DNA of 64,000 nucleotides, from positions 1,277,202-1,341,201 of the forward strand of contig OZ253546.1 in assembly GCA_965262585.1 (NCBI GenBank). The letters run 5' to 3'. Source of the stretch: Candidatus Poriferihabitaceae bacterium. Its GTDB lineage: Bacteria > Pseudomonadota > Gammaproteobacteria > Arenicellales > Poriferihabitantaceae. Below are positions 20,423 through 32,281 of this stretch, piece after piece (positions within the stretch are counted from its first letter, which is position 1; every line of letters starts with the position of its first letter). The notes below the pieces were generated by a model that was not told where the DNA came from, did no database searches, and saw nothing but the letters and a program-made list of their open reading frames with translations. A program made the translations under genes and the position numbers.

Positions 20423-20980
20423 TCAGTCTGGTTGATTTTTTTGCGGCTGAATAATCAGGCGCGGGCGGGCGGCGGATGATGCGGTCTCCCCGGCTTCCGT
20501 TTCGGATGCGGCTTCGCCGGTCACTTTGGCTTTTTTGGTGGTCAGATCGTAGGTAATCACCCGGCCTTGAATTTGCTTTCCTTCCTGCCGAATATCGGCG
20601 CGTTCTTTCAGCGTTACCAAGCCCTTGACCCGGTCCAGCGTGATGGATCTCGCGCGGCCCAGAATATCGGAATCCCGGCCCTCGGGGCGCTGCTTGAATC
20701 GCCCCGGATTGCCGGTGCACACGCCCTTGTCCAGTTTGTCGTCATCGTTGTAGTAGGTTGTTAATTCATCGCAATCAAGGCGCATGCTGCCTTGTAGAAA
20801 CACCACATTTCCGCGATAGGTGCGCACTCCGGTTTCCAGATCCAGTTCAAAATCGTCGGCCTCCAGAACCGCCGATTGCTGCTTGTCCGAGTCCAGCGCA
20901 AACGCGCCGCCGATGTTGACGCCAACCAGAACCGCTATGGCAAGCGCGTGAGGCAATTTGAATCTCATGCCAAAATTCAT
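20423..20980 (-). CDS. lptA: LPS transport periplasmic protein LptA
   Basis: Signal peptide, [19 protein letters not shown], synteny. Confidence 0.85.
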   Translation of the reverse strand: MNFGMRFKLPHALAIAVLVGVNIGGAFALDSDKQQSAVLEADDFELDLETGVRTYRGNVVFLQGSMRLDCDELTTYYNDDDKLDKGVCTGNPGRFKQRPEGRDSDILGRARSITLDRVKGLVTLKERADIRQEGKQIQGRVITYDLTTKKAKVTGEAASETEAGETASSAARPRLIIQPQKNQPD

Positions 20981-20983
20981 GTC

Positions 20984-21412
20984 TCAGCCGCCCTTGAGGC
21001 GGATTAACATTTTTTGAGAAGTGACCACGGTGCCACCGGCATCCGGGTTTTCGATGACCCTGACATTGCCGGACAGCAGCACTTCTTCAGTGTCGTTATA
21101 GAGCCAGCCGGAATCCGCGTAGATGTGTCGCGGGCTGGCGGGGGGTTGGTATTGGATGATGTGCGGGCGGTGCAATGCGGCGCGGCGGTCGAGGGGATAG
21201 TGTTCGAGGCGTTCGGCGCTGAGCCGGTATTTGCGCCCGTGCCGGGACATGCCCACCGACTCGAAGTTTTCGATATAGTAGTCCGGGTGGTTATTTTGCG
21301 TGGCGGAAACCGCGCGTCCGGCGGATGCCGATAACCCGAACTGCAGCCACGCCGCAATCCCCGCCAGCAGCGCGAATAGCAGAAACAAAACCGTGGTTTG
21401 CCGCGTGTTCAT
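20984..21412 (-). CDS. lptC: LPS export protein LptC (short)
   Basis: N-terminal TM helix, PDYYIENF, L.A.RLEHYP, LSGNVRV; synteny. Confidence 0.8.
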   Translation of the reverse strand: MNTRQTTVLFLLFALLAGIAAWLQFGLSASAGRAVSATQNNHPDYYIENFESVGMSRHGRKYRLSAERLEHYPLDRRAALHRPHIIQYQPPASPRHIYADSGWLYNDTEEVLLSGNVRVIENPDAGGTVVTSQKMLIRLKGG

Positions 21413-21429
21413 GATGCTTAAATGGATGC

Positions 21430-22419
21430 TTAAATGACGCCGACCCGCAGCAGGTCGTGGGTGTTGAGCGCGCCCACCACGCGCTGCTCGGCATCGACCA
21501 CGAATAGGCTGTTGAGCGCGTGCGGGCCGCGCTGGGCGAATTCCCGCATGATTTTGACGATTTCTTCGGCAAGCGTATCGGGCTTGATGGTGAAAGGATC
21601 GGGCGTCATCAGGTCAACCGCATTGCTGTTGTAGATATCGACTTCGTCGTTGAGGGCGCGCCGCAGGTCGCCGTCGGTGAACATGCCGAGCAGTTTGTGA
21701 TTGGCGTCCACCACGCCGGCCATGCCGAGGGATTTGGAAGACATCTCCAACACCAACTGCCGCAGGGTGGCGTGCTCATCCACCAACGGCAATGCGTCGC
21801 CGGTGTGCATCAGATCCGAGGCGTATAACAACAACCGCTTGCCGAGCACGCCGCCGGGATGCGTGCGGGCGAAATCCTGCGCCGAAAACCCTCGCATCTG
21901 TTGCACCACCACCGCCAGCGCATCCCCCATCACCAGCGCCGCGGTGGTGCTGGCCGTGGGCGCGAGGTTGTGCGGGCAGGCTTCTTTGGCGACGCTGATG
22001 TCGAGACACGCATCGGAATGCCGCGCCAGCGAGGAGTCGAGGTTGCCGGTCATGCTCACCAAGCCGCCGCCGATTCGTTTGACGATGGGAACAATGGTGA
22101 TGACTTCAGAAGTTTCCCCCGAATTAGAAATCGCCAGCGTCACATCGTCGGTTGTGATCATACCGAGATCGCCGTGGCTGGCTTCGCCGGGGTGGACAAA
22201 GAAAGACGGGGTGCCGGTGCTGGCAAGCGTCGAGGCGATCTTGCCGCCGATGTGGCCCGATTTCCCCATGCCAATCACCACCACCCGCCCACCGCAGTTC
22301 AAGATCATCCCGCAGGCTTTTTCAAAACTCGCGCCAATGCGCTCGGCCAACGCGGTGACCGCGTCGGCTTCGATTTGAATCACCGACCGCGCATTGGAAA
22401 TGGCACTTTGTGGATGCAT
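21430..22419 (-). CDS. kdsD: Arabinose-5-phosphate isomerase (SIS + CBS)
   Basis: GMGKSGHIG, HPGEASHGDLG, NLAPTASTT, HPGG.LG, CBS pair. Confidence 0.93.
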   Translation of the reverse strand: MHPQSAISNARSVIQIEADAVTALAERIGASFEKACGMILNCGGRVVVIGMGKSGHIGGKIASTLASTGTPSFFVHPGEASHGDLGMITTDDVTLAISNSGETSEVITIVPIVKRIGGGLVSMTGNLDSSLARHSDACLDISVAKEACPHNLAPTASTTAALVMGDALAVVVQQMRGFSAQDFARTHPGGVLGKRLLLYASDLMHTGDALPLVDEHATLRQLVLEMSSKSLGMAGVVDANHKLLGMFTDGDLRRALNDEVDIYNSNAVDLMTPDPFTIKPDTLAEEIVKIMREFAQRGPHALNSLFVVDAEQRVVGALNTHDLLRVGVI

Positions 22420-22475
22420 CGTGACGACTGGAGGGGGCTGTGGCTGGGTTGAGCAGGACTGGCAGTATAGCAAAA

Positions 22476-22731
22476 AGGAGCGGCTACGCCACTAGCCGTC
22501 ATTCCTGAAGGAGCGGCTATCGCCAGCCGCCGCATTCCCGAACGATAGAAAAATAAGGAGCGCCAGCCGCCGTCATTCTCGAACGATAGAAAAATAGGGA
22601 GCGCCAGCGACCATATTTTTCATCGTATCGGGAATCCAGAAGGCCAATAATGAGTCGGCTATCGCCGGCATGTTGTACTGGATTCCAGTTGCGCGAGAAT
22701 GACGGCGGTTCATCGTATCGGGAATCCAGAA
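22476..22731. repeat. Cluster of dRS3/RPE-like palindromic repeats (GTCATTCCCG...CGGGAATCCAG) including long-loop variants
   Basis: gtcattctcgaacgatagaaaaatagggagcgccagcgaccatatttttcatcgtatcgggaatccag plus partial copies; also at 25.3-25.6 kb and 48.6-49.1 kb. Confidence 0.85.
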
Positions 22732-22749
22732 AACTAAATTTAGAACTTA

Positions 22750-23715
22750 TTAAAACTCCACAGTTGCGCCGATGCGGGCGCCGAAATCGCTTCGGCTGGC
22801 GCCATAACCAACGCCGCCGTTGATCGACCAGCGGTCATCGACACGCACGCCAACGGAAACGGCGACCGCTTCTTCACCATTGTAAGTGCCGGCGCCGATG
22901 GACAGATTCAATCTTTTGCCCGGGGAAACCGCCGGTGCTTGCAGTGCCAAAGACATGGCGATGCCAGCCGACAACTCTGCTTCCAATTTGTCTACCTTCT
23001 GGTTCAAATCTTTAATCGCAGCGACATTCTCATCAATCGCAACGACATTCTTATCAATCGCAACGACATTCGCAGAGATGCGGTTGTCGAGGAGGCCGTC
23101 CGCAACCATTCTGGCCGCTTCCTCATTGTTGATGTTCACTTGAAGCATGTCATCGGCCGCTTCTCTGGCATCTTCCTCAGTGTCGATGTTCATTTGAAGC
23201 ATGGCATCCGCAGCAGTTCTGGCGGTTTCCTCAATGTCGATGTTCGTTTGAAGCGTGGCATCCGCAGCTCCCCTAGCGGTTGCCTCAGCGGCATCCGCAG
23301 CAGTTCTGGCGGTTGCCTCAGCGGTGATATTCGTTTGAAGTCCGGTATCGGCCGCTGTTCTGTCAGTTATTTCAACGCTTATACGACCTCTTTCAATGGC
23401 AAGTTCATCTCGAATTTCAGTGTCCCCACGGCCTCTGGCAGCCGATTCTGTATTAATATTATCTTGAAGCTCGGTGTCCGTCATGGCTCTTGCCGCCGCT
23501 TCATCTATTACCTGCTCAGCGAGATTACAAAATATATTCCGTTCAGTACTATCCGAGCCGGCCACGCCGTCAGTACAAGTTATCGTGGTGCTCGCGGCGG
23601 GCCTGCCTACTTCCGTTACTACCGCCGGGTTCTGCGCCTGTGCTAACGGTGCGAATAACAGGAAAGCAAGCAGGGTTGCCCCTCTGAATCTATCTATCGG
23701 TGTAAAATGGTTCAT
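22750..23715 (-). CDS. YadA-family trimeric autotransporter adhesin (coiled-coil stalk + beta-barrel anchor)
   Basis: Signal peptide, repeated E..AR.AAD..LQ.NI stalk, NVVAIDK heptads, GIAMSLA...GAGTYNGEEAVAVSVG anchor ending in F. Confidence 0.85.
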   Translation of the reverse strand: MNHFTPIDRFRGATLLAFLLFAPLAQAQNPAVVTEVGRPAASTTITCTDGVAGSDSTERNIFCNLAEQVIDEAAARAMTDTELQDNINTESAARGRGDTEIRDELAIERGRISVEITDRTAADTGLQTNITAEATARTAADAAEATARGAADATLQTNIDIEETARTAADAMLQMNIDTEEDAREAADDMLQVNINNEEAARMVADGLLDNRISANVVAIDKNVVAIDENVAAIKDLNQKVDKLEAELSAGIAMSLALQAPAVSPGKRLNLSIGAGTYNGEEAVAVSVGVRVDDRWSINGGVGYGASRSDFGARIGATVEF

Positions 23716-23873
23716 TAGGTTATTCTCCGATTAAATGGTGAAAGATACGATATTCCCTTTTATTTTAATATAGTTTGGGGGAATGTATACAAAAAATGGT
23801 GCGTATTTGCCGCTTTATTCCGTTCGCCGCATCATCGGCGCAGTTCAATTTTCCACCACCACAAGGCCATCCA

Positions 23874-24206
23874 ATGCCCGACTCCCCCGACCTCGACTCA
23901 GACCTCAACAATCCGATACGCCGCGAAATCGAAGCGGCGATTGGCCGCAAGATGATGGCGCATTTGCGCAAGCATCCTGAAGTGCAGAATATCGATCTGA
24001 TGAACCTCGCGTATTTCTGCCGCAACTGTTTGTCCAAATGGTATCGCGGTGCGGCCGCGGATCTTGGAATTGAAATGGATTACGATCAGGCGCGGGAAAT
24101 CGTGTATGGCATGCCGTATTCCGAATACCGATCAAAACACGCGCGCGAGGCTTCCGAGGAACAACTGCGGGAATTCGAGCAGGCGCGGCACAAGGCGAGC
24201 GAATAA
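23874..24206 (+). CDS. DUF1244 family protein
   Basis: HLRKHPEVQNIDLMNLAYFCRNCLSKWY...AREIVYGMPY. Confidence 0.85.
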   Translation: MPDSPDLDSDLNNPIRREIEAAIGRKMMAHLRKHPEVQNIDLMNLAYFCRNCLSKWYRGAAADLGIEMDYDQAREIVYGMPYSEYRSKHAREASEEQLREFEQARHKASE

Positions 24207-24240
24207 TATTGCCGCCGAGGTGCCGACAATCAGGCGCGGT

Positions 24241-25293
24241 TCAACGCTGGCTAAGCCGGTGGACGGCGTCGACCAGACAAGCGACTCGCTCGGGCCGGAC
24301 GCCCGGGTCGATGCCGTGGCCGAGATTAAAAATATGCCCGGGCTGGGCGCCGAATTGGGTGAGTATGCGCTCGACTTCGCGTTCGATTTTTTCGCACGAA
24401 GCGTGTAACACCGCCGGGTCGAGGTTGCCTTGTAGCGCAACGCGATGGCCGATGCGTCGCCGCGCTTGCGCCGGTGGAATCGTGCAGTCAAGGGACACCG
24501 CATCGCAGCCGGTGTCGGCAATCAGTTCCAACCAGTTACCGCCGCCCTTGGTGAATAGCGTGAGCGGAATTTCGCAACTGGCGGGGTCGGCTTTGAGGGA
24601 TTCGACGATCGCGCCGAGATAGTCGAGCGAGAATTCGACATAGTCCGAGGCCGCAAGCATCCCGCCCCAGGTGTCGAAGATCATCAACGCCTGCGCGCCG
24701 GCGGCGGCTTGTGCTTTAAGGTAGTCGATGATCGCGGTGGTGAGTTTTTGAAGCAGTTGATGCGCGCTGTGCGGGTCATCGTGCAGCAAGCCTTTGGCAC
24801 GGCGAAAATCCTTGCTGCCGCCGCCCTCAACCATATAGGCGGCGAGCGTCCACGGGCTGCCGCTAAAGCCAATCAGCGGAACGCGGTCATCGAGTTCACG
24901 GCGAATCAAGCGAATCGCCGCCATGACATAAGATAAATCGGCCTCGGCATCCAGTTCGGGCAACGCTTCGATCTGACGCTGGGATCTCAGCGGCTTGCGA
25001 AAGCGCGGGCCGACTCCTTCTTCGATGGACAAACCAAGCCCCATAGCATCGGGAATGGTCAGAATATCCGAAAACAAAATCGCGGCATCCAACGGAAACC
25101 GCTGCAACGGCTGCAAAGTCACTTCACAAGCCAGTTCCGGCGTCTTGCACAAAGTCAAAAAATCCCCAGCCCGCCCCCGCGCCGCCCGATACTCCGGCAA
25201 ATACCGCCCCGCCTGCCGCATAATCCACACCGGCGTACAATCCACTTCCTCCCGCCGCAGCGCACGCAATAGGCGATCATTTTTTGGGGGCAT
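24241..25293 (-). CDS. hemE: Uroporphyrinogen decarboxylase
   Basis: [35 protein letters not shown]. Confidence 0.96.
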   Translation of the reverse strand: MPPKNDRLLRALRREEVDCTPVWIMRQAGRYLPEYRAARGRAGDFLTLCKTPELACEVTLQPLQRFPLDAAILFSDILTIPDAMGLGLSIEEGVGPRFRKPLRSQRQIEALPELDAEADLSYVMAAIRLIRRELDDRVPLIGFSGSPWTLAAYMVEGGGSKDFRRAKGLLHDDPHSAHQLLQKLTTAIIDYLKAQAAAGAQALMIFDTWGGMLAASDYVEFSLDYLGAIVESLKADPASCEIPLTLFTKGGGNWLELIADTGCDAVSLDCTIPPAQARRRIGHRVALQGNLDPAVLHASCEKIEREVERILTQFGAQPGHIFNLGHGIDPGVRPERVACLVDAVHRLSQR

Positions 25294-25338
25294 TGGGTAG
25301 GGCGGGGTGGTTGTTGATGATGGGCATATTATATGCAA

Positions 25339-25617
25339 AGGAGCGGCTTACGCCGGACATGTTTTTACTGGATTCCCGCTGTCGCGGAAATAACGGCGTA
25401 GGGAGTCGGCTGTCGCCGGCATGTTGTACTGGATTCCCGTGTCCCCCAACTCGTCATTCCTGCTGTCGCAGGAATAACGAGTTGGGGGCACGAGAATGAC
25501 GGCGGTACGTCGTCATTCCCGAACGATAGAAAAATAGGGAGCGCCAGCGACCATATTTTTCATCGTATCGGGAATCCAGAAGGCTAATAATGAGTCGGCT
25601 GTCGCAGGAATGACGGG
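25339..25617. repeat. Composite nested palindromic repeat cluster
   Basis: Nested ATTCCCGTGTCCCCCAACTCG[tcattcctgctgtcgcaggaataa]CGAGTTGGGGGCACGAGAAT plus a long-loop unit; near reverse complement of 48741-48974. Confidence 0.88.
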
Positions 25618-25629
25618 CCTGGGCCGTCG

Positions 25630-27081
25630 CTACTCCGGCAACTCGCTCGTCCCGCGCAAGTAGCAATCTACCGCGCGTGCGCATTGGCGGCCTTCGCGGA
25701 TTGCCCAGACTACTAGTGACTGGCCGCGGCGCATGTCGCCGGCGGTGAAAACTTTTTCGAAACTGGTTTGATAGGCGTTTTGTCCGTGCACGGGTGCATC
25801 GACATTGCCGCGTTGGTCGAGGCGGACGCCGAGGTCTTTGATCATTCCTTGATGTAACGGATGCGTGAATCCCATGGCTAGCGTTGCCAGATTGGCGGGT
25901 AGGTCGAATTGTGAGTGGGGGATTTCTTTCATTTTCCATTGGCCGCGTTCGTTATGCCACGCGACTTTGACGCAGCGAACCGCCGCCAGCCGTCCGTCTC
26001 CGTCGTCGATGAAGGCTTTGGTTGCGACATCCCAAAGACGTTCGCAGCCTTCTTCCTGTGAAGACGAGGTGCGAAATTTATGCGGCCATTCGGGCCAGGT
26101 AAGGGCTTTGTCTTCGGTTTCAGGTGGGAGCGAGAGGATTTCGATTTGGGTGATTGATGCTGCGCTTTGGCGGGCGGCGGTGCCGATGCAGTCGGAGCCG
26201 GTGTCGCCGCCGCCGATGACTATTAGATGCTTGCCACGCGCCGAAATAATCTCGTCATCGTCGCGCGCCGCGCCCTGCACTCGCCGGGTGTTGTTGCGAA
26301 GATAGTCCATGGCGAAATAAACGCCGCCCAGATCGCGCCCCGGCACCGGTAGGTCGCGCGGTTGCTCGGCGCCACCGGCGAGCACCAGCGCGTCGAAATT
26401 ATCCAGCAACTCGCGCGCCGGAATATCGACGCCGATATGCGTGCCGCTGTGAAACTCCACGCCTTCGGTTTTCATCTGCGCCATGCGGCGGTCGATGACG
26501 CGCTTGTCCAGTTTGAAATCCGGGATGCCGTAGCGTAGCAAACCGCCGCTGCGCTCTTGTTTGTCGTATAACGAAACCCGGTGGCCGGCGCGCGCCAACT
26601 GTTGCGCACACGCCAACCCGGCGGGCCCCGAGCCGACGATGGCGACTCGCTTGTCGGTGCGTTGCGCCGGTATCTGCGGTTGCACCCAGCCTTCCGCCCA
26701 GGCGCGTTCGACGATGGCGTGTTCGATGGTTTTGATGGTGACCGGTTGGTCGTTGAAATACAAAGTGCACGCGGTTTCGCACGGCGCCGGACAAACCCGG
26801 CCGGTAAATTCCGGAAAATTGTTGGTGGAATGCAGCGTCTCGGCGGCGGTTTTCCAATCGCCGCGATACACCAAATCATTCCAATCGGGAATCAGATTAT
26901 TCACCGGGCAGCCGGTGTGGCAGTAGGGAATGCCGCAATCCATGCAGCGCGCGCCTTGTCGCGACAATTCTTGTTCGTCCAAGTCGATGACGAACTCGCT
27001 GAAATTTCCAGTGCGGCGGTGCACCGGCAGGTATTGCCGTTCCTTGCGCTCGATTTCGATGAACCCGGTAACCTTACCCAT
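25630..27081 (-). CDS. gltD: Glutamate synthase small subunit
   Basis: [47 protein letters not shown]. Confidence 0.96.
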   Translation of the reverse strand: MGKVTGFIEIERKERQYLPVHRRTGNFSEFVIDLDEQELSRQGARCMDCGIPYCHTGCPVNNLIPDWNDLVYRGDWKTAAETLHSTNNFPEFTGRVCPAPCETACTLYFNDQPVTIKTIEHAIVERAWAEGWVQPQIPAQRTDKRVAIVGSGPAGLACAQQLARAGHRVSLYDKQERSGGLLRYGIPDFKLDKRVIDRRMAQMKTEGVEFHSGTHIGVDIPARELLDNFDALVLAGGAEQPRDLPVPGRDLGGVYFAMDYLRNNTRRVQGAARDDDEIISARGKHLIVIGGGDTGSDCIGTAARQSAASITQIEILSLPPETEDKALTWPEWPHKFRTSSSQEEGCERLWDVATKAFIDDGDGRLAAVRCVKVAWHNERGQWKMKEIPHSQFDLPANLATLAMGFTHPLHQGMIKDLGVRLDQRGNVDAPVHGQNAYQTSFEKVFTAGDMRRGQSLVVWAIREGRQCARAVDCYLRGTSELPE

Positions 27082-30000
27082 GGCGCGCCTCCGCCGCAGC
27101 GATGCGTTTTTCGGCTTGCTGTTGTAGCAACGCGCGCCGGTAATCGACCGGCATAACCTTGACGAATTGGCCGAGATGGTCGCGCCAGAATTTGAGCACG
27201 GTGTTGGCGAGACGGCTGTCGGTATATTGCGCGTGCAATTCGATCAGCCGTTTCAATCTAACTTCATCGGCGCCGGTCATATCGTTGATATCAGGTGCGC
27301 CGTGGTTGGCTTCGACCGCTTCCAAGCGCACCGTTTTTTGATTGCAATGCGCGGCAAATTCGCCGTCACGGTCGAGCAGGTAGGCGATGCCGCCGGACAT
27401 ACCGGCGGCGAAGTTGCGCCCGGTCGCCCCGAGGCAGACCACCACGCCGCCGGTCATATATTCGCAACCGTGATCGCCGACTCCTTCGACGACCGCCGTA
27501 GCCCCGGAATTGCGCACCGCAAAACGCTCGCCGGCGACGCCGCTGAAAAAACACTCACCGGCGATTGCGCCGTATAACGCGGTGTTGCCGATGATGATGT
27601 TGTGCGCGGCGTCGCCGATGCCGCTGGTGCGCGGCGGGCGGATGATCAAGCGTCCGCCAGACAAACCCTTGCCGACATAATCGTTGCCTTCGCCTTCGAG
27701 TTCGATGGTTACGCCACGCGCCAGCCATGCGCCAAACGATTGTCCGGCGGTGCCGCGCGCACGGATTCGGATGGTGTCGTCGGGCAGACCGGCGTGGCCG
27801 TAAGCGCGGGCGATGCGCCCCGATAACATAGCACCGACGGCGCGGTTGCTGTTTTTGATGTCGAGGTCGATGCGTACTTTTTGCTGTGCGCGCAATGCCG
27901 GTTCGGCGCGTTCGATCAGTTGGTGGTCGAGGGCATGTTCGAGGCCGTGATGTTGTGTTTCGCGGTTGTATATCGCGACCTTCGGGGCGACTTTGGGCTT
28001 GGCAAGAAGGCGCGAATAGTCGAGGCCGTTGGCTTTCCAGTGGTTAATCGCGGCGCGCATATCAAGCCGCTGCATCTGCCCGATCATCTCGTCCACCGTG
28101 CGATAGCCGAGCCGCGCCATGATTTCACGAAGTTGTTCGGCGACCATGAAAAAATAATTAATTATATGTTCCGGTTGGCCGCTGAACTTCGCGCGCAGTT
28201 GCGGGTCTTGCGTCGCCACCCCGACCGGGCAAGTGTTGAGATGGCATTTGCGCATCATCAAGCAGCCCGAGACGATCAACGGTGCGGTGGCGAAACCGAA
28301 TTCGTCGGCGCCGAGCAACGCGCCGATGGCGACATCGCGACCGGTGCGCAACCCGCCGTCCACCTGCACCGCGATTCGCCCGCGCAGATTGTTTAACACC
28401 AAGGTCTGTTGGGTTTCGGAAAGGCCGATCTCCCACGGCGAACCGGCGTGTTTGATTGAGGTCAGCGGGCTTGCGCCGGTGCCGCCTTCGTGGCCGGAAA
28501 TAGTCAGGTGGTCGGCGTGCGCTTTCGATACCCCGGCGGCGACCGTGCCGACTCCGGTTTCGGCGACTAGTTTGACCGAAATGCGCGCTTCGGGATTGAC
28601 ATTTTTCAGGTCGTGGATCAACTGCGCGAGGTCTTCAATGGAATAGATGTCGTGGTGTGGCGGCGGCGAGATCAATCCCACGCCGGGGGTCGAATGTCGC
28701 ACCCCGGCGATTTGCTCGCTGACCTTGTAGCCGGGTATCTGCCCGCCTTCGCCGGGCTTGGCACCTTGCGCCATTTTGATCTGCAGGTCATCGGCGTTGA
28801 CCAAATATTCGGTGGTTACGCCGAAACGCCCGGAGGCGACTTGTTTGATTGCCGAGCGTTCGGGGTTGGGCGAACCGTCGGCGAGTGGCTTGTAGCGAGA
28901 CGCTTGTTCGCCGCCTTCGCCAGTGTTTGATTTGCCGCCGATGCGGTTCATCGCCCGCGCCAAGGTGGAATGCGCTTCATAGGAAATCGAGCCAAACGAC
29001 ATCGCGCCGGTGGAAAATCGCTTGACGATTTTGCTCGCCGGCTCCACTTGCTCGAGGGGCAACGGCGCATCGCTCCAGTTAAATTCGAACAAACCGCGCA
29101 GGTTGTAAAATTTTTTCTCCTGATGGTCGATGGCGGTAGTAAATTCTTCGAAGGTCGTGGCGTTGTTGGTGCGCGTTGCCTTTTGCAACTTGCCGATGGT
29201 TTCGGGATTCCACGCATGCGCTTCGCCGCGCACGCGATAGGCGTAGTCGCCACCGGCGTCCAGTTGGCGGCGGTATAACGGATTATCGCCGTAGGCGTGG
29301 GTGTGCCATTGAAGGGCTTCGGCGGCGATGTGCGCGAGACCAACTCCTTCGACCGCGCTGGTGGTGCCGCTGAAGTATTGATCGACAAACTCGGTGGATA
29401 ACCCCACCGCGTCGAAAATTTGCGCGCCGCAATAGGATTGATAGGTCGAGATACCCATCTTCGACATGACTTTTTTTAACCCGGCGCCGAGTGCCGCGAC
29501 ATAACGCGCCTGCGCTTTTTCAAAACCGGGGTTATCTTCGAGGTACGGTAGCAGCGAACAGATGGTATCGAAAGCGAGATACGGATTGATCGCCTCGGCG
29601 CCGTAACCGGCGAGCGTGGCGGCGTGATGAACTTCGACGCAAGCGCCGGTTTCGACCACCAGTCCGGTTTCGGTGCGCACGCCTTCGCGGATTAAGTGAT
29701 GATGCACCGCCGAGGTTGCGAGCAACGCCGGAATCGCAACATGCCGTGCGTCCATCTGTCGATCCGACAGGATTAGAATGTTATCGCCACGCCGCCGCAC
29801 CGCGTGTTCGGCGAATTCGCATAATTTCGCCAGCGCGCCTTTCATTCCGGCGGCACCGTCGCCCACCGGAAAGCAGATGTTGAGGGTGCGGGTTTTGAAT
29901 GCGCCGTTGGAATGGTCTTCGATCTGGCGGATGCGTTCCAGTTGGTTGTTGGTCAAGATTGGCTGCGGCACGGTCAAGCGCATGCTGTCGCCGCCATCGT

Positions 30001-31660
30001 CACCAAACAGATTCGGGCGTGGCCCGATCAACGACAACAGCGACATCACCAGTTGTTCGCGGATCGGATCAATGGGCGGGTTGGTAACCTGCGCGAAATT
30101 TTGCTTGAAATAATTGGCCAGCGGCTTGCTGCGGTCGGATAACACCGCCGGCGGCACATCGGTACCCATCGAGCCGACCGCTTCGGCGCCGTCGGTGAGC
30201 ATCGGCGGCAACAAAAACTTCAGGTCTTCCTGCGTATAGCCGAAGGCCTGCTGGGTTTTGAGCAGCGTTTCCCGATCCGGGGACATGGCGGCCACGGCGA
30301 CTCGCAGCGAGTTCAGGTTAATCTGGGTTCGGTCGAGGCGGCGTTGATAATCGTGCTTGGATGCGAGGTCGTTTTTGATTTCTTCGTCGTCGATGATGCG
30401 TCCTTGTTCGAGATCGATGAGCAACATTTTGCCGGGTTGTAGACGCCACTTGCGCACGATGTCTCGTTCGGGTATGTCGAGCACTCCCATCTCCGACGCC
30501 ATCACTACTTTATGATCGCGGGTTACCAAATAGCGCGCCGGACGCAAGCCATTGCGGTCGAGGGTCGCGCCGATTTGACGGCCATCGGTGAAGGCGACCG
30601 CCGCCGGGCCATCCCACGGCTCCATCAAAGCCGCGTGGTATTCGTAAAACGCCCGACGCTTGGCGTCCATCTGACGATTTTCCGACCACGCTTCGGGAAT
30701 CAACATCATCATCGCATGCGCCAGCGGATACCCACCGGCGAGCAGCAATTCCACGGCGTTGTCGAACGCCGCCGAATCCGATTGCCCTTCGGGGATCAAC
30801 GGCCACACCTTGTCGAGATCATCGCCAAGCAGCGACGACGACATCGCATCGCGGCGCGCCGCCATCCAGTTAACATTGCCGCGCAGGGTGTTGATCTCGC
30901 CGTTGTGGGCGATCAAACGATACGGATGGGCCATCCCCCAGGCGGGAAAAGTGTTGGTGGAAAAACGCTGATGCACGAGCGCGAGCGCCGACTCCATTCG
31001 CTGGTCCATGAGGTCGGGGTAATACTCGCTGAGTTGGGCGGCCAGTAGCATGCCCTTGTAGACAATCACTCTGGAGGACATCGATGCGATGTAAAAATCC
31101 GTCTTGCCGTGAATATCCGAATTCCTGATTAGGTTTCCGATTTGCTTGCGAATGACGAATAATTTGCGTTCGAACGCCGCTTGCGTGGCGCACTCGGGCG
31201 CGCGGCCGATGAACACCTGCCGAATCGGCGGCTCGGTGGGCCGAACGCTCGCGCCGAGATTTTCGTTATTGACCGGAACCGTGCGCCAACCGAGCACGCG
31301 CTGGCCCTCGGCGAGGATATAACGCTCCACCACGCCGCTGGCCTCGGCAAGGCCCAAACTGGAGCGCGGCATAAAAATCATTCCCACCCCGTAGTCGCCG
31401 GGGGCGGGCAGATCGAAGCGCGTCTCGCCCGCAAAAAACGCATCGGGCAACTGCAGCAACATACCGGCACCATCGCCCGCCATTTTATCCGCACCAACCG
31501 CACCGCGATGGCTCATGTTATTGAGAATTTCAAGACCGTGAGCGACTATCTGGTGACTTTTATCGCCCCGAATATCGGCGATAAAACCAACCCCGCAAGC
31601 ATCATGCTCCCGACTCGGGTCGTATAGCCCCTGCTTGAATGGCATTCCTGCGGCGTTCAT
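27074..31660 (-). CDS. gltB: Glutamate synthase large subunit
   Basis: [43 protein letters not shown]; 1528 aa. Confidence 0.97.
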   Translation of the reverse strand: MNAAGMPFKQGLYDPSREHDACGVGFIADIRGDKSHQIVAHGLEILNNMSHRGAVGADKMAGDGAGMLLQLPDAFFAGETRFDLPAPGDYGVGMIFMPRSSLGLAEASGVVERYILAEGQRVLGWRTVPVNNENLGASVRPTEPPIRQVFIGRAPECATQAAFERKLFVIRKQIGNLIRNSDIHGKTDFYIASMSSRVIVYKGMLLAAQLSEYYPDLMDQRMESALALVHQRFSTNTFPAWGMAHPYRLIAHNGEINTLRGNVNWMAARRDAMSSSLLGDDLDKVWPLIPEGQSDSAAFDNAVELLLAGGYPLAHAMMMLIPEAWSENRQMDAKRRAFYEYHAALMEPWDGPAAVAFTDGRQIGATLDRNGLRPARYLVTRDHKVVMASEMGVLDIPERDIVRKWRLQPGKMLLIDLEQGRIIDDEEIKNDLASKHDYQRRLDRTQINLNSLRVAVAAMSPDRETLLKTQQAFGYTQEDLKFLLPPMLTDGAEAVGSMGTDVPPAVLSDRSKPLANYFKQNFAQVTNPPIDPIREQLVMSLLSLIGPRPNLFGDDGGDSMRLTVPQPILTNNQLERIRQIEDHSNGAFKTRTLNICFPVGDGAAGMKGALAKLCEFAEHAVRRRGDNILILSDRQMDARHVAIPALLATSAVHHHLIREGVRTETGLVVETGACVEVHHAATLAGYGAEAINPYLAFDTICSLLPYLEDNPGFEKAQARYVAALGAGLKKVMSKMGISTYQSYCGAQIFDAVGLSTEFVDQYFSGTTSAVEGVGLAHIAAEALQWHTHAYGDNPLYRRQLDAGGDYAYRVRGEAHAWNPETIGKLQKATRTNNATTFEEFTTAIDHQEKKFYNLRGLFEFNWSDAPLPLEQVEPASKIVKRFSTGAMSFGSISYEAHSTLARAMNRIGGKSNTGEGGEQASRYKPLADGSPNPERSAIKQVASGRFGVTTEYLVNADDLQIKMAQGAKPGEGGQIPGYKVSEQIAGVRHSTPGVGLISPPPHHDIYSIEDLAQLIHDLKNVNPEARISVKLVAETGVGTVAAGVSKAHADHLTISGHEGGTGASPLTSIKHAGSPWEIGLSETQQTLVLNNLRGRIAVQVDGGLRTGRDVAIGALLGADEFGFATAPLIVSGCLMMRKCHLNTCPVGVATQDPQLRAKFSGQPEHIINYFFMVAEQLREIMARLGYRTVDEMIGQMQRLDMRAAINHWKANGLDYSRLLAKPKVAPKVAIYNRETQHHGLEHALDHQLIERAEPALRAQQKVRIDLDIKNSNRAVGAMLSGRIARAYGHAGLPDDTIRIRARGTAGQSFGAWLARGVTIELEGEGNDYVGKGLSGGRLIIRPPRTSGIGDAAHNIIIGNTALYGAIAGECFFSGVAGERFAVRNSGATAVVEGVGDHGCEYMTGGVVVCLGATGRNFAAGMSGGIAYLLDRDGEFAAHCNQKTVRLEAVEANHGAPDINDMTGADEVRLKRLIELHAQYTDSRLANTVLKFWRDHLGQFVKVMPVDYRRALLQQQAEKRIAAAEARHG

Positions 31661-31663
31661 TAT

Positions 31664-32281
31664 TCAGCCAATCCGCGACACTCGGAGCAGGTGTTTCAGG
31701 TCTTTGAGTAGTAGGCCGGGGTCGAGGTCGGCGGGGATGATCATCATGAGGTTGCCGAGGGGGTCTATTAGCAGGGCGTCGTTGATGCCGATGGTGCGGT
31801 GTTTGAGGGCGGCGGACAACTGGTTTTCGAGGCCGTTTGCGGGGGTGGTGCGGGAGGATAGCAGGCGGATGGTGCCGGGGTGGTTGGTGGCGAGGCGGTT
31901 GAGTAACGCTTGGTTGGGGCTGAGTAGGATTCGTTGAATGCGGTTGGCGTTCTTGCCGACGGCGAGGCGGGTTTGGCGGGTGTTGTATAAAGATTTTTCG
32001 CAGTGCTGGTCGCAATGTTCGGTTAGCAAATGAACCACGCTCCAGCGGTGCTTGAGGTCGGCAAGGGTAAATGGCGTGCTGTCGATGGCGGCGTTGGAAA
32101 ACGATTGCAAGGGGACTGCGGGTGAAATGAGCGGCGCGTGGTTGGTGCCGTCTCGGGGTGCGCGTAGCCCGTCGAATCCGTCGAATCCGTAATAGCCGAT
32201 GAAGGCCGCCAGCAACGGGCCGAGAAATACGGCGAAAATGATAAACAGTTTAATGCGATTGCGTTTCATGGTTTGCTTCAT
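31664..32281 (-). CDS. Cytochrome oxidase cluster thioredoxin/SCO-like membrane-anchored protein
   Basis: N-terminal TM, CDQHC, TRQTRLAVG, LIDPLGNLMM...KDLKHLLRVSRIG; follows SURF1. Confidence 0.75.
   Translation of the reverse strand: MKQTMKRNRIKLFIIFAVFLGPLLAAFIGYYGFDGFDGLRAPRDGTNHAPLISPAVPLQSFSNAAIDSTPFTLADLKHRWSVVHLLTEHCDQHCEKSLYNTRQTRLAVGKNANRIQRILLSPNQALLNRLATNHPGTIRLLSSRTTPANGLENQLSAALKHRTIGINDALLIDPLGNLMMIIPADLDPGLLLKDLKHLLRVSRIG

Noticed and set aside
25454-25939. ORFs containing LLDSRYDEKY...RSLFFYRSGMT (also 48164-48742)
   Set aside because: They are translations of the palindromic repeat fused to off-frame parts of gltD or moaA.
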